From a bacterium (GTDB taxonomy: Bacteria; UBA8248; JACPRG01; G963555815): a stretch of DNA of 64,000 bases. Position 1 is the stretch's first letter. Each line of letters begins with the position of its first letter. The notes beneath the pieces are model-generated. The model was not told where the DNA came from. It did not search any database and was given only the letters and a program-made list of their open reading frames with translations. The stretch is from NCBI GenBank assembly GCA_965261595.1, contig CBDHDG010000004.1:128001-192000 (forward strand), given 5' to 3'. The position numbers were made by a program, and so were the translations under genes. Below, piece by piece: positions 1-11,128 of the stretch.

Positions 1-103
1 ACATTGCTCTCATGGGTTTCTCAACGGCATGCCCTGTATTCGACAGCGAAGCGGATAGGGCTGTGCGAAATTCACGATTCACCCGCCCGACCCGGAGCCC
101 CGC

Positions 104-1900
104 GTGCGTTACTCCCGCATGTTTCTTCCCACCCTGAAAGAAGACCCCGCCGAAGCCGAGGTGGTGAGCCACACGCTGATGGTGCGGGCGGGCCTGATCC
201 GGCGCGTGGCGGCCGGGGTGTACAACCTCCTTCCCCTGGGCCTCCGCGTTCAGCGGAAGGTCGAGCGGATCGTCCGGGAGGAAATGACCCGGGCAGGCGC
301 CCAGGAGGTCCTGCTGCCCGTCCTGCTCCCGGCCGAGCTTTGGCGGGAGACCGGCCGGTGGGAGGCGTACGGCAAGGAGTTGATGCGCATCAAGGATCGC
401 CATGACCGCGAGTTTTGTCTGGGCCCCACGCACGAGGAGATCATCACCGACATGGTCCGGCGCGACGTCCGGTCCTATCGGGACCTGCCCCTCAACCTCT
501 ATCAGATTCAAACCAAGTTCCGGGACGAGATCCGTCCTCGGTTCGGCGTGATGCGGGGGCGGGAATTCACGATGAAGGACGCCTACAGCTTCGACCGGGA
601 TGAGGCGGGAGCGGAGGAGAGCTACCGGGCCATGTTCGACGCGTACCAGCGGATTTTCACCCGGTGCGGCTTGAGCTTCTCGGCGGTGGAGGCGGATTCG
701 GGGCTGATCGGGGGGTCGTTTTCGCACGAGTTCATGGTCCACGCCGAAACGGGTGAAGAGGCCGTCACCGTCTGCGACGCCTGCGGATACGCCGCGAACG
801 CCGAGCGGACGCCGCTGGATGAAGAGGCCGGCGGGGTTTCACCCGACGCGCCGTCTCAAGAGGGGGAGAGGGGGGGAGGCGAAGGCGACGCGCTTGCGGA
901 GATCGAGCCTCGCAAGGTCCACACCCCCGACGTGACGACGGCCGACGACGTGGCGCGGTTTTTCGGCCGCGGCCTTGACCGGCTTGCGAAAACACTCGTT
1001 TATGAAGCCGACGGCGCACCGCTCGCCGTGATGATACGCGGAGACTTTCAGGTCAATGAGACCAAGCTGAGCCGCCACCTCGGGGCCGCCGAGCTCGTCC
1101 TTGCGGGAGAAGAGGCGACTGTTCGGGTGACGGGGGCGCCGGTGGGATTCGCCGGACCCCTCGGGTTGAAGGAAGAAGTTCCCATTCTTTGCGATTTCAG
1201 CATCAAGGGACAAGAGGACCTTGTCGTCGGCGCCAATGAAAACGACCACCACTTTGAAGGCGTGCGGCCGGGGCGTGATTTCGAGGTGAAGGAATATGCC
1301 GACCTGCGCCAAGCCCAGGAAGGGGATCCTTGTCCCCGATGCCGCGCGCCGTTGCGCATCCTGCGGGGAATCGAAGTGGGGCACGTTTTCAAGCTGGGGA
1401 CCAAGTACAGCGAGGCCATGGACGCGACGTTTCTGGATGAAAAAGGGGAGGCGCGGCCGCCCATCATGGGCTGCTACGGAATCGGCATCGGGCGGACCGT
1501 GGCCGCCGCGATTGAGCAGAATCACGATGAAAACGGAATCATCTGGCCCGGCCCCATCGCCCCCTTCCACGTCATCCTGATCCCGATCAGCGTCAAAGAC
1601 GAATCGGCCGCGAGGGCGGTGGAAGGAATCTACGCCGCATTGTGCGAAGCTTCCGTCGAAGTTCTGTTGGACGACCGGGACGAACGGCCCGGCGTGAAAT
1701 TCAAGGACGCGGACCTGATGGGCGTCCCCTTTCAGTTGATTATCGGTCCCAAGGGGCTGGCCGAAGGCAAGGTCGAGCTGAAAATCCGAAGGGGGGGCGC
1801 GAAAGAGTTCATCGAGTTAGACCGGGCGGCGGAGACGGTTCGCCTGCGGGTGGCTGAGGCCCTTACCCCGGCGGGCGCTGAGGAAGGGGCTATTTCATAG
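104..1900 (+). CDS. proS: Proline--tRNA ligase (bacterial type, with editing insertion domain)
   Basis: 598 aa; motifs LGPTHEE, QIQTKFRDEIRPRFGVMRGREF, GIEVGHVFKLG, GCYGIG, C-terminal anticodon-binding domain. Confidence 0.98.
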   Translation: MRYSRMFLPTLKEDPAEAEVVSHTLMVRAGLIRRVAAGVYNLLPLGLRVQRKVERIVREEMTRAGAQEVLLPVLLPAELWRETGRWEAYGKELMRIKDRHDREFCLGPTHEEIITDMVRRDVRSYRDLPLNLYQIQTKFRDEIRPRFGVMRGREFTMKDAYSFDRDEAGAEESYRAMFDAYQRIFTRCGLSFSAVEADSGLIGGSFSHEFMVHAETGEEAVTVCDACGYAANAERTPLDEEAGGVSPDAPSQEGERGGGEGDALAEIEPRKVHTPDVTTADDVARFFGRGLDRLAKTLVYEADGAPLAVMIRGDFQVNETKLSRHLGAAELVLAGEEATVRVTGAPVGFAGPLGLKEEVPILCDFSIKGQEDLVVGANENDHHFEGVRPGRDFEVKEYADLRQAQEGDPCPRCRAPLRILRGIEVGHVFKLGTKYSEAMDATFLDEKGEARPPIMGCYGIGIGRTVAAAIEQNHDENGIIWPGPIAPFHVILIPISVKDESAARAVEGIYAALCEASVEVLLDDRDERPGVKFKDADLMGVPFQLIIGPKGLAEGKVELKIRRGGAKEFIELDRAAETVRLRVAEALTPAGAEEGAIS

Positions 1901-1944
1901 GCGCGTCCGGTCTTTTTTCCGTCGAGTCCCCGTTTAAATTTCCT

Positions 1945-1973
1945 TTGAATTTCTACGCCGGCGGTGCTACATT
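1945..1973 (+). promoter_or_regulatory. Putative sigma70 promoter of the rimP-nusA-infB operon
   Basis: TTGAAT (1945-1950), 17-bp spacer ending TGC, TACATT (1968-1973). Confidence 0.55.
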
Positions 1974-1999
1974 AAGCCTAACTTTGGTATCTTGTGCCG

Positions 2000-2031
2000 G
2001 AGTGGGTCGATGTCGCCCACTCTTTTTTTTT
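2000..2031 (+). promoter_or_regulatory. rimP leader terminator-like hairpin
   Basis: GAGTGGG...CCCACTC stem followed by a T9 run between the promoter and rimP; fits the widespread rimP-leader arrangement. Confidence 0.75.
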
Positions 2032-2116
2032 GACCTGACCCTCGTCGATGCGGGCTGGGGAAGTCCCGGCCCTGTAAGAAAGTGGACCCTGCCGGGGCGG
2101 GAACGGGGGAGTTCGA

Positions 2117-2590
2117 TTGCTTGCCGGGGAAATGAGAGGCCGGCTCTGGCCCGTCGTGGAACCCATCGTGGAAGAAGAGGGGTTGGAGCTGGTCGAGGTG
2201 GAGTTTATTCACCACAGCGGCTCTTGGGTCTTGCGGATTTACATGGACAGACCCGGCGGGGTGCGGATCGAGGATTGCGCGCGCGTCAGCCGCAGATTGA
2301 ATCCGGTGCTCGACGTGGAAGACCTGATCCCCCACAACTATACGTTGGAGGTGTCGTCTCCCGGCGTTCCGAGGCCGATTCGAAAAGCGCGCGACTTCGA
2401 GCGCCTGTCCGGAGAACGGGCCCGAATCGAGATGGCCCTTCCGATGGATGGCCGAAAGCGGTTCACGGGAGAGTTGGCGGGTGTAAGCGGCGGTTCGGAA
2501 CCCGCCGTGGCCTTGGCGTTGGATGACGGAGAAGTGGTTCATCTTCCCCTGACCCGGATCAAGCGGGCGCACCAGGAAATCGAGATTTAG
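2117..2590 (+). CDS. rimP: Ribosome maturation factor RimP
   Basis: LRIYMD, YTLEVSSPG motifs; upstream of nusA; start could be ATG 2132. Confidence 0.95.
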   Translation: MLAGEMRGRLWPVVEPIVEEEGLELVEVEFIHHSGSWVLRIYMDRPGGVRIEDCARVSRRLNPVLDVEDLIPHNYTLEVSSPGVPRPIRKARDFERLSGERARIEMALPMDGRKRFTGELAGVSGGSEPAVALALDDGEVVHLPLTRIKRAHQEIEI

Positions 2591-2646
2591 GCGGTGGTTG
2601 CGCGATGCCCTGAGGCATCCGAAAGCCTTTGCAGGAGAGAAACACC

Positions 2647-4233
2647 GTGAACCAGGAGCTCATGCTCGTATTGGGTCAAATCCAGCGCGAAAAAGGCATC
2701 GACCAGGAGGTGCTCATCGAAGCCATCAAATCCGCCGTCGTGTCGGCTTCCCGCAAATGCTACGGTCCGACGGCCGAGATCGACGCCACCTTCGATTCGG
2801 AGACCGGCTCGATGGACGTGTTTTGTCATAAAACAGTCGTCGACGAGGTGATCGACCCGGACTTGGAAATCTCTCCGGAAGAAGCCGGCGACTACCTTGA
2901 AACCCCCGCGCTCGGGGATGTGGTCGATATCCCGATTCCCTATGCGAGCTTCGGCCGTATCGCCGCCCAGACGGCCAAGCAGGTTATTTTGCAGCGCGTC
3001 CGCGAGGGCGAGCGGGAAATGATCTACGAGGAGTACAAGGACCGTGAGGGAGAGTTGATCAACGGGACCGTCTCCCGTGTTGAAAAGGGGACGATCTACG
3101 TGGACATGGGAAAGGGGGAGGGCGTGCTTCCCCGGAGGGAGCAGGTGTTCCGCGAGGTTTACCGGCGGAGCGATCGGATCCGGACGTACCTGTTGGAAGT
3201 CCGCCAGGCGACCCGAGGCCCGCAGATCATTCTCTCCCGCACCCACCCCGGTCTGGTCCTGCGGCTATTCGAAATCGAAGTCCCCGAAATTTATGAAGGG
3301 ATTGTGGAAATCAAGATCGCGGTCCGAGAGCCCAGCGGCCGGACGAAGCTCGCGGTGGTCTCCCATGACCGGGACGTAGACCCGGTTGGGGCCTGTGTCG
3401 GCATGAGGGGTTCCCGCGTCCAGGCCATCGTGCAGGAGCTTCGGGGGGAGAAGATCGACATCATCCTCTGGTCGGAGGATATCCAAACCCTCGCTGCCAG
3501 CTCTTTGAGCCCCGCGAAGATTTCACGAATTATCCTGGAAGAGGCTGATAACACGATGACCGTCGTAGCGCCGGACGATCAATTGTCGCTGGCCATCGGC
3601 AAGGGAGGCCAAAACGTCCGGCTGGCCGCGAAGCTGCTCAAGCGGCGAATCGACATCAAAGGCGAGACCGAATACCAGGCCGAGCAACTGGAAAGGGCGG
3701 ATTTGCTTCTCTCCGGGGGCCGGTCGACCACCCCGTTGACGGAATTAGAGGGTCTCGGGCCTCGAACGGCCAGTCTTCTCGAAGAGCATGGAATCAAGAA
3801 TATCGAGCAGCTCAAGGAGGCTTCGCCGGAGACGATGGTCGAGATTCCGGGAATCGGCCAAAAAATCGCGGAGGCCCTCATCGCCCGCGCACATGCGTAC
3901 ATCGAGGAGCACGCCCCGCCCGAGCCGGAAGAGCCGGAGGCTGGAGAGGATGAGGCCGCCGAAGAGGCGTCCGTCGATGAGCAGGCGACACCGGAGGACC
4001 TTGCGCCGGAAACCGGGGAAGGGAATGCGGAGGCCTCGAGCGAGGTTTTGCCGTCTGAGACCGAGAATCCGGCATCCGGAGAGGAAGAAGAGAAGCCCGG
4101 ACAACCGGTGCCCGCGTCGGCCGCGCCTGAAGCTTCGGCCGGGGATGCCGAGGCTGAAGTCGCCCCGGAAGACGCTTCCCAGGGAGAAGATCAACCGGCG
4201 CAACCCGACTCGGAGGCGAAAGAAGAGGCGTAA
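2647..4233 (+). CDS. nusA: Transcription termination/antitermination factor NusA with long acidic C-terminal tail
   Basis: GRIAAQTAKQVI, DPVGACVGMRGSRV, SLAIGKGGQNVRLA, HhH repeats; GTG 2647 after AGGAG chosen as start. Confidence 0.97.
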   Translation: MNQELMLVLGQIQREKGIDQEVLIEAIKSAVVSASRKCYGPTAEIDATFDSETGSMDVFCHKTVVDEVIDPDLEISPEEAGDYLETPALGDVVDIPIPYASFGRIAAQTAKQVILQRVREGEREMIYEEYKDREGELINGTVSRVEKGTIYVDMGKGEGVLPRREQVFREVYRRSDRIRTYLLEVRQATRGPQIILSRTHPGLVLRLFEIEVPEIYEGIVEIKIAVREPSGRTKLAVVSHDRDVDPVGACVGMRGSRVQAIVQELRGEKIDIILWSEDIQTLAASSLSPAKISRIILEEADNTMTVVAPDDQLSLAIGKGGQNVRLAAKLLKRRIDIKGETEYQAEQLERADLLLSGGRSTTPLTELEGLGPRTASLLEEHGIKNIEQLKEASPETMVEIPGIGQKIAEALIARAHAYIEEHAPPEPEEPEAGEDEAAEEASVDEQATPEDLAPETGEGNAEASSEVLPSETENPASGEEEEKPGQPVPASAAPEASAGDAEAEVAPEDASQGEDQPAQPDSEAKEEA

Positions 4234-4301
4234 TCAGTCTCAAGGGTTCGGAACACGTTTTTTTTCAGGAGGTTATCAGGACGGGCCAACGGTCCCGCCT
4301 G

Positions 4302-4310
4302 TGATATAAT
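4302..4310 (+). promoter_or_regulatory. Extended -10 element upstream of infB (possible internal promoter)
   Basis: TGATATAAT matches TGnTATAAT, ~45 bp before the infB start. Confidence 0.45.
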
Positions 4311-4353
4311 TCGGAGCGAGAAGCCGAAGATCCCGGAGTCGATGGAGCGTTTG

Positions 4354-6822
4354 ATGGCTGGAATCAAGATTTATGAATTGGCCCGAGAGATCGGGATGCC
4401 GAGTAAGGATTTGGCGGCCTGGGCGCGGGAAGCGGGTTTCTCCGTCAAGACGCACATGAGCTCGGTGGATGAAAAGACCGAGAAAGAGATTCGTGCGGGT
4501 TTGAAAAAAGCCGGGCTTGTCACCGGACCCAAAGCGGGCGCGGCTAAGAAGACTCCGACAAAAAAGCCGAAATCGACAAAGAAGGCCGATCAAAAGAAGC
4601 CCGCCGGCGCGGCCAAGACCCAAGCGAAGACCCCCGCCAAAAAAACCAAGACCAAAGTCAAACCGGCGGATGAAAAGGTCGAAGCCGGCGGCGAGGACGG
4701 GATCGACGAGCTGGAGGCGTTGGAACGCCAGTTGGAGACCTTGGCTGAGCAGGAAGCGGCGCAGGCCCCGCCGAAGGTCGAAACTCCCCTTGAGGAGGCT
4801 TCGTCCAAGCCTCCCCAGCCCGAGGAGCCCGCCGTCGAGGAGCCGGCGGCGGAGCCTGTGATCGCCGAGGTGGCGCCCGTGGTTGCCGAGGCGGAACCCG
4901 AGGTTGTCGAAGAGGCGCCCGTGGTTCTCGAGGCCGAGGCCGAGGCTGAGCCAGAGCCAGAGCCAGAGCCTCCCGCCCCGGTCGAGGAGGAAGCCCCTCC
5001 GGCGCCCCCCGAATCCCCGGCGGGGGAGACCCCTTCACCCGAGGATTCCCCGGAAGCGTCCCCCGTCGAAGCGACAAAGATTAGTCTCCCTGAAGCTCGG
5101 ACCGTCAAGGAGCTTGCCGATCTGCTCGGTAAAACGACCGGCGACCTCCTGATGAAGTTGATGGGCAAGGGGCTCGTCTCCAATGTGAACACATTGGTGG
5201 ACAACCAGACGGCGATGGAATTGGCTCGGGAGTTTGGTTTTGACCCGGAGCTCGCCGAAGCGGAGGTTGACGCCGACATTGAAGAGGACGAAGAGGAGAA
5301 AGAAGAAGACCTCGTTCCGCGTCCCCCGGTCGTCACCGTTATGGGCCACGTCGATCACGGAAAGACTTCCCTGCTCGACGCGATTCGGCAAACCAACGTG
5401 ACGCAAAGCGAAGCCGGAAACATCACCCAGCACATCGGGGCCTATCACGTAACCGTGGACAAAGGAACCATCGTCTTTCTCGATACGCCGGGCCACGAGG
5501 CGTTCTCCGCCATGCGAGCCCGAGGCGCCGAGGTGACCGATATCGTAGTTCTCACCGTCGCGGCCAATGATGGCGTGATGCCTCAAACCCGTGAAGCTGT
5601 TGACCACGCCAAGGCGGCGGGCGTTCCGATTGTTGTCGCCGTCAACAAGATCGACCTCGACAACGCTGACCCGGAGAAGGTCCGGCGGGAGTTGAGCGAG
5701 CTTGGCTTGGCGCCGGAAGAATGGGGCGGTGACACGATTTACGTGAATGTGTCGGCCAAGCAGCGGACGAACATCAGCGGCCTGCTGGAGATGCTCATTC
5801 TTCAGGCGGAGATCATGGAGCTGAAGGCGAATCCCAACCGGAGGGCGAAATGCATCGTCCTGGAAGCCGAGTTGGACCGGGGCCGCGGCCCGGTGGCCAG
5901 GATTCTGGTGCAGCAGGGCTCCCTCAAGCTGGGCGACCCCTTCGTTACCGGCCTGCATCATGGGCGCGTCCGGGCGCTGGTCAACGATGAAGGCCAGAAG
6001 GTGAAGTCCGCCGGCCCCTCCATGCCGGTGGAGGTCTTGGGGTTGTCCGGCCTCCCGCAGGCCGGGGACAGCTTCACGGTCGTGGAGAACGAGCGCCAAG
6101 CCCGCCAGCTCGCCAGCCAGCGGATGCAGCGCCGGCGCCAGGAAGACCGGGGCGCGACGGTTCGGGTCACCCTGGAAGACATCTACCGGGGGGTCCAGGA
6201 GGGTGTGGTCAAGGAGCTTCCCATTGTGCTGAAGGCCGATGCCCAGGGGTCCATCGGGGCCCTTCAAGACGCCCTCGCGGGCCTGGGGGGGGGCGAGGTA
6301 CGCGTGCGCGTGATCCACAGCGCGGTTGGCGGGATCACCGAGTCGGATGTCATGTTGGCCGCGGCCTCCAACGCCCTCATCGTCGGGTTCCACGTCCGTC
6401 CCACCCCGCAGGCGGCCGTGTCCGCCGAACGGGAAAAAATAGAGATCAGGCTCTACAACATCATCTATGAGGCCATCCAGGAGGTTAAGGATGCCCTGAG
6501 CGGACTGCTTGATCCGACCATCAAGGAGACCGTTCTTGGCCGGGTCGAGGTTCGGGAGGTGTTCCACATCCCGCGCGTCGGCTCGGTGGCGGGTTGTTAC
6601 GTGACCGACGGGACCGTTCAGCGCAATGTGTTGGCGCGAATCATCCGTGATAACGTCGTGGTCTATGAAGGGAAGGTCGGTTCTTTGCGCCGCTTCAAAG
6701 AAGATGTGGCCGAAGTCAACAACGGCTACGAATGCGGCATCGGGATCGAAAACTTCCAAGATGTCAAGCAGGGCGACATCATCGAGCCTTATGCCGTGGA
6801 GGAATTGGCACGGACCCTGTAG
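4354..6822 (+). CDS. infB: Translation initiation factor IF-2
   Basis: [30 protein letters not shown]; Lys-rich then Pro/Glu-rich N-terminal linker; start 4342 or 4354. Confidence 0.98.
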   Translation: MAGIKIYELAREIGMPSKDLAAWAREAGFSVKTHMSSVDEKTEKEIRAGLKKAGLVTGPKAGAAKKTPTKKPKSTKKADQKKPAGAAKTQAKTPAKKTKTKVKPADEKVEAGGEDGIDELEALERQLETLAEQEAAQAPPKVETPLEEASSKPPQPEEPAVEEPAAEPVIAEVAPVVAEAEPEVVEEAPVVLEAEAEAEPEPEPEPPAPVEEEAPPAPPESPAGETPSPEDSPEASPVEATKISLPEARTVKELADLLGKTTGDLLMKLMGKGLVSNVNTLVDNQTAMELAREFGFDPELAEAEVDADIEEDEEEKEEDLVPRPPVVTVMGHVDHGKTSLLDAIRQTNVTQSEAGNITQHIGAYHVTVDKGTIVFLDTPGHEAFSAMRARGAEVTDIVVLTVAANDGVMPQTREAVDHAKAAGVPIVVAVNKIDLDNADPEKVRRELSELGLAPEEWGGDTIYVNVSAKQRTNISGLLEMLILQAEIMELKANPNRRAKCIVLEAELDRGRGPVARILVQQGSLKLGDPFVTGLHHGRVRALVNDEGQKVKSAGPSMPVEVLGLSGLPQAGDSFTVVENERQARQLASQRMQRRRQEDRGATVRVTLEDIYRGVQEGVVKELPIVLKADAQGSIGALQDALAGLGGGEVRVRVIHSAVGGITESDVMLAAASNALIVGFHVRPTPQAAVSAEREKIEIRLYNIIYEAIQEVKDALSGLLDPTIKETVLGRVEVREVFHIPRVGSVAGCYVTDGTVQRNVLARIIRDNVVVYEGKVGSLRRFKEDVAEVNNGYECGIGIENFQDVKQGDIIEPYAVEELARTL

Positions 6823-6827
6823 ATCAT

Positions 6828-7109
6828 ATGGTGATCGGCGTGTGCACCATCGAGTTGAGGATTCACGGGGGCCGGTCGCTGAAAGAGAAAAGACGGGTGC
6901 TTCGAAGCGTGAAGGATCGGATCCGCAACCGGTTCAACGTTTCTATTGCCGAGGTGGGTTACCAGGACAAATGGCAGCGGGCGCTTCTTGGATTCGTCGC
7001 TGTCAGCAACGACCGGAACCACGTCACCGGCTTACTGGAATCGGTCGTCTCCGCGGTCGAGTCCATGGGGGTGGCGGAGATTGTCGATGACGAGATCGAG
7101 ATCCTCTGA
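6828..7109 (+). CDS. DUF503 family protein (YlxP-like)
   Basis: MVIGVCTIELRI..SLKEKRRV..NRFNVSIAEV; usual position between infB and rbfA. Confidence 0.9.
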   Translation: MVIGVCTIELRIHGGRSLKEKRRVLRSVKDRIRNRFNVSIAEVGYQDKWQRALLGFVAVSNDRNHVTGLLESVVSAVESMGVAEIVDDEIEIL

Positions 7110-7463
7110 ATGCTGAACCGACGCCCTTTCCGACGCACGGACCGCGTGGCCGACCTGATACGCCGGGAGCTCGCCAATCTGGTTCAGACGGGCCTGAAGG
7201 ATCCCCGGATCGGTTTCGTTTCCATCACGGGGGTGGAGGTCAGTCCGGACCTGAAGCAGGCGAAGGTCTACGTCAGTGTTTATGGCCCCCCCGAGGAGGA
7301 GGCGTCCTCCCTCGAGGGTCTACGGAGCGCGACCGGCTATGTGCGGTCGGTATTGAAGCGCTCGCTTCACTTGAAGCGGATTCCCGAACTGGTTTTTACC
7401 CTGGATGATTCCATCGCACAAGGCGCCCGAATCAATGCCGCTATTGCAAGCCTCAAAGATTAA
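7110..7463 (+). CDS. rbfA: Ribosome-binding factor A
   Basis: RTDRVADLIRREL, KDPRIGFVSITGVEVSPDL, IPELVF. Confidence 0.96.
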   Translation: MLNRRPFRRTDRVADLIRRELANLVQTGLKDPRIGFVSITGVEVSPDLKQAKVYVSVYGPPEEEASSLEGLRSATGYVRSVLKRSLHLKRIPELVFTLDDSIAQGARINAAIASLKD

Positions 7464-8406
7464 GAACGCCGCGGCCAGCCGCGTTCAGGGATTCCTGAAT
7501 ATTGACAAGGCGGCGGGGCCCACGTCCCATGACATCGTAGCCCGGCTGCGAAAGGTCCTTCCGGGGGTCCGCGTGGGTCATGGGGGAACCCTCGACCCGG
7601 CGGCGGAGGGGGTCCTGCCCATCTTCCTGGGCGCGGCCACCAAATATTTCGATTTCCTGCTCGAATCCCGGAAGACGTATCTCGCCACCGTCCGCCTCGG
7701 GATCATCACGTCCACCCAGGACCGCGACGGAGAGGTGATCGAGGAGCGGCCGGTGGGAGACCTGGACCGTGATGCCTTCTTCGCTCTCCTGAAGAAGTTT
7801 GAAGGGGAGATCGAACAGGTGCCGCCCATGTTCTCGGCGCGCCGGCATCAGGGAAAGCGGCTCTACGAGCTGGCCCGCGCCGGCATCGAAGTGGAACGGA
7901 AGCCCCATAAGGGCAAGGTCTATTGGATCCGGATCTTGTCGGTTGAGGAACCCGAGGTCACCTTCGAGGTCCAGTGCGGCAGCGGCACCTACGTCCGAAC
8001 CCTCTGCCATGACATCGGTCTGGCCTGGGGGACCGGGGGACATCTCTGCCGGCTGACCCGCAAGGCGGTGGGGGCTTTCGCGGTGGAGGACGCCGTCTCG
8101 CTGGAGATCGCCGAAGAACGAATTCGCGAGGGACGGCTGAGCGATGTCCTGAAGTCCGTGGAGGAAGGGTTGTCCTTCCTTCCCGGTGTCAACCTGATGC
8201 GGTCGCCGACCGGAGGCTTGCGGCGGGGCCTGTGGATCCTGGAGGGAATTTTCATCCGAAACATCCCGGAGTGCCCTCCGGGAAATCACGTTCGACTGGT
8301 CGACAACTCCGGCCGGACGCTGGGCATCGCCCGTGTCGTGCCCGGCGAGCCGGTGCGGCTCCAAGTCCGCAAGGTGATCGATCCGCCCGCGGAATTCTCC
8401 GCGTGA
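7435..8406 (+). CDS. truB: tRNA pseudouridine(55) synthase
   Basis: GHGGTLDPAAEGVL, QVPPMFSA, GTYVRTLCHD; start uncertain. Confidence 0.95.
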   Translation: MPLLQASKIKNAAASRVQGFLNIDKAAGPTSHDIVARLRKVLPGVRVGHGGTLDPAAEGVLPIFLGAATKYFDFLLESRKTYLATVRLGIITSTQDRDGEVIEERPVGDLDRDAFFALLKKFEGEIEQVPPMFSARRHQGKRLYELARAGIEVERKPHKGKVYWIRILSVEEPEVTFEVQCGSGTYVRTLCHDIGLAWGTGGHLCRLTRKAVGAFAVEDAVSLEIAEERIREGRLSDVLKSVEEGLSFLPGVNLMRSPTGGLRRGLWILEGIFIRNIPECPPGNHVRLVDNSGRTLGIARVVPGEPVRLQVRKVIDPPAEFSA

Positions 8407-8440
8407 ATCCGCGGCGCTCACGCGTTGAAGGAAAATCCAG

Positions 8441-8707
8441 ATGATTACGAAGGAGCAGAAAGAAGGGCTGATCGAGGAATATCGGCATCACGACAGCGAC
8501 ACGGGGTCGCCCGAAGTCCAGATTGCGATCCTGAGCAACCGAATCGGTTACCTGACCGAGCATATGAAAGTTCACAAAAAAGATTTCAACACCCGTCGGG
8601 GTCTGTTGAAGCTCGTCGGCCAACGAAGGCGGCTTCTTGATTATCTCAAGGAGAAAAACATCGACCGGTACCGCACCGTCATCCAAAGACTCAATATTCG
8701 TCGGTGA
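8441..8707 (+). CDS. rpsO: 30S ribosomal protein S15
   Basis: [34 protein letters not shown]. Confidence 0.98.
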   Translation: MITKEQKEGLIEEYRHHDSDTGSPEVQIAILSNRIGYLTEHMKVHKKDFNTRRGLLKLVGQRRRLLDYLKEKNIDRYRTVIQRLNIRR

Positions 8708-8728
8708 CCGGAAGAGAGGAGTAACTGA

Positions 8729-10822
8729 ATGCATCACAAGTTAGAACTGGAAATTGCCGGAAGAACCCTGACCATCGAAACCGGGGAAATGGCGAAGCAG
8801 GCGGACGGCGCGGTCGTCGTCAGCTACGGGGAATCGATGATCCTCGCGGCCGTTGTCGCCGATGGCGTCCGGCCGGGACTCGATTTTTTCCCCCTCACCG
8901 TGGATTACCGCGAGAAATTCTTCTCGGCGGGCAAGATTCCCGGCGGGTTTTTCAAGCGGGAGGGGCGCCCGACGGAAAAAGAGATCCTCACGTGCCGCCT
9001 GATCGACCGGCCCGTCCGGCCCCTGTTTCCCGATGGGTTCAAAGAAGATACGCAGATCATCGTCGGCACCTTGTCGCACGACGCGACGAACGACCCCGAT
9101 ATTCTGGCCCTGATCGGCGCGTCCGCGGCGTTGAGCATTTCCGACATCCCGTTCCACGGCCCCATCGGCACGGTTCGGATCGGACGGCTGGACGGCCGGC
9201 TGATCATCAATCCCACCTACGAGGAGTTGGAGGGTGGAGACCTGAACGTGGTCCTGGCCGGGACGGCGGACTCTATCGTTATGGTCGAAGGAGGGGCGGA
9301 CGGGGTCTCCGAAGAGGTGATGGTCGAAGCCTTTGAAGAAGGTCACCCGGTCATCCGGGACATCGTCGCTTTGCAGGTGGAGCTCCAGTCCCTGGCGGGC
9401 CGCCCGGACCGGGCCTTCGAGGTCCCGGTGAAGGATGAGGAGCTCGTGCGTCAGTTGCGCGAGCGCCTCGGAAACCGTCTGCGCGAAACCACGCTCATCC
9501 CGGAAAAGCACAAACGTGAGGAGACCCTGCATGCTCTCCGGGATGAAATGGTCGAAGCGCTCGGCGGAGAGGATCAGGACGTCCGGAAGCGGGTGGGCGG
9601 CGAGTTTCACGATCTGGAGTCCGAGGAAGTTCGCCGCTCGATCATTGAGAACGGGGTCCGAACCGACGGCCGGGATCTGTCCACGGTCCGTCCCATCTCG
9701 GGCCGGGTGAAGGTGATGCCGCGCACGCACGGCTCCTGCCTGTTCACGCGCGGCGAGACGCAGGCCCTGGTGGTCGCGACGCTGGGCACCGGGGACGACG
9801 AACAGCCCTTGGACAACCTCGAGGGCCGGGGCCGCAAGTCGTTCATGCTTCATTACAACTTCCCGGCCTTCTGCACGGGCGAAACCAAGCCCATCCGGGG
9901 ACCCGCCCGCAGGGAGATTGGGCACGGCGCTCTGGCCGAGCGGGCCGTGCGGCCCGTCCTGCCCGACCACGAATCCTTTCCCTACACGATTCGGATTGTC
10001 TCGGACATCCTGGAGTCGAACGGCTCTTCCTCTATGGCGACGGTGTGCGGAAGCAGCCTCTCGCTGATGGACGCGGGCGTGCCCATCCTCGCGCCCGTGG
10101 CCGGGATCGCCATGGGTCTCATCATGGAGGGAGACCGCCCGTACATCCTGACGGACATTTTAGGGCTGGAAGACCACTTGGGCGATATGGATTTCAAGGT
10201 CGCCGGCACCCGGGAAGGGATCACCGCGATCCAGATGGACATCAAGATCGAGGGTCTGTCGATGGACATCATGAAAACCGCCCTCGCCCGGGCCAAGGAG
10301 GCGAGGCTGCACGTCCTCGACCGGATGGAGACCATCCTTTCCGAGCGCCGTGCGGAGCTCTCTCCCTATGCGCCGCGCATCTTTACGGTCAAAGTTCGGC
10401 CGGAGAAGGTGCGTGATGTCATCGGCCCCGGCGGCAAGGTCGTGCGGGGGATCATCGAGAAGACCGGCGTCACCATCGACATCGAAGACGACGGCACCAT
10501 CCTGGTCGCCTCGATTGATGAGCCTTCGGCCAGGGCGGCCATCGCCATGATCGACGACCTGACGCAAGAGGCCGAAATCGGAAAGATTTACCGCGGCATC
10601 GTGAAGAAGATCATGGACTTCGGCGCGTTCGTCGAAATTTTCCCGGGCACCGACGGGTTGGTCCACATCTCCCAGCTCGACCACACCCGGGTCAAGACCG
10701 TGACGGATATCGTCAAGGAAGGGGACGAGGTCATGGTCAAGGTGCTGGAAATCGACGGCCAGGGAAGAATCCGCCTGAGTCGGAAGGAAGCCTTGAAGAA
10801 GACCGAATCGAACGGGTCGTAA
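8729..10822 (+). CDS. pnp: Polyribonucleotide nucleotidyltransferase
   Basis: FFPLTVDYRE, RREIGHGALAER, SNGSSSMA, GDMDFKVAGT, KH and S1 domains. Confidence 0.98.
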   Translation: MHHKLELEIAGRTLTIETGEMAKQADGAVVVSYGESMILAAVVADGVRPGLDFFPLTVDYREKFFSAGKIPGGFFKREGRPTEKEILTCRLIDRPVRPLFPDGFKEDTQIIVGTLSHDATNDPDILALIGASAALSISDIPFHGPIGTVRIGRLDGRLIINPTYEELEGGDLNVVLAGTADSIVMVEGGADGVSEEVMVEAFEEGHPVIRDIVALQVELQSLAGRPDRAFEVPVKDEELVRQLRERLGNRLRETTLIPEKHKREETLHALRDEMVEALGGEDQDVRKRVGGEFHDLESEEVRRSIIENGVRTDGRDLSTVRPISGRVKVMPRTHGSCLFTRGETQALVVATLGTGDDEQPLDNLEGRGRKSFMLHYNFPAFCTGETKPIRGPARREIGHGALAERAVRPVLPDHESFPYTIRIVSDILESNGSSSMATVCGSSLSLMDAGVPILAPVAGIAMGLIMEGDRPYILTDILGLEDHLGDMDFKVAGTREGITAIQMDIKIEGLSMDIMKTALARAKEARLHVLDRMETILSERRAELSPYAPRIFTVKVRPEKVRDVIGPGGKVVRGIIEKTGVTIDIEDDGTILVASIDEPSARAAIAMIDDLTQEAEIGKIYRGIVKKIMDFGAFVEIFPGTDGLVHISQLDHTRVKTVTDIVKEGDEVMVKVLEIDGQGRIRLSRKEALKKTESNGS

Positions 10823-10862
10823 TACGCGCGCGAGGAAAGACCGGTCGCTGTCGCGACGAAGG

Positions 10863-10899
10863 AAAGTGGACCGGGCTTGTCCCATGTCCACTTTTTTTT
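10863..10899 (+). terminator. Intrinsic terminator after pnp
   Basis: AAAGTGGAC...GTCCAC stem followed by T8. Confidence 0.7.
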
Positions 10900-11128
10900 C
10901 GCCCCCCTGTCGGGTTGCCGCCGCGCTGGAGACCAGAAGGCCGGTCCGGCGCCTTCGCACGAGAACTTCCGCGCCCTCCCGGTTGTCATAATCCGAGAGC
11001 GATCCCGTCCCGGGACGGGTCCGGGGCGGGCTGTCCATCGGCCCTTGAAAGTCCGGCTTGATGGGTTTGATAATGACGGTGTGGGGAAGCGGATGTGGAA
11101 GACGCGATTCGGGAGGGCCGGAAGGCCG

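Noticed and set aside
3915..4230. Long acidic C-terminal tail of NusA
   Set aside because: Disordered acidic tails occur in many NusA proteins; no repeat or domain is evident.
4930..4972. GCCAGA / GCCGAG tandem repeats in infB
   Set aside because: Encode the AE/PE low-complexity linker that is normal for IF-2 N-termini.
5035..6759. Long antisense ORFs (5035-6759; also 26023-27729, 51498-53303)
   Set aside because: Shadow ORFs of well-supported genes in high-GC DNA, with no recognisable motifs.
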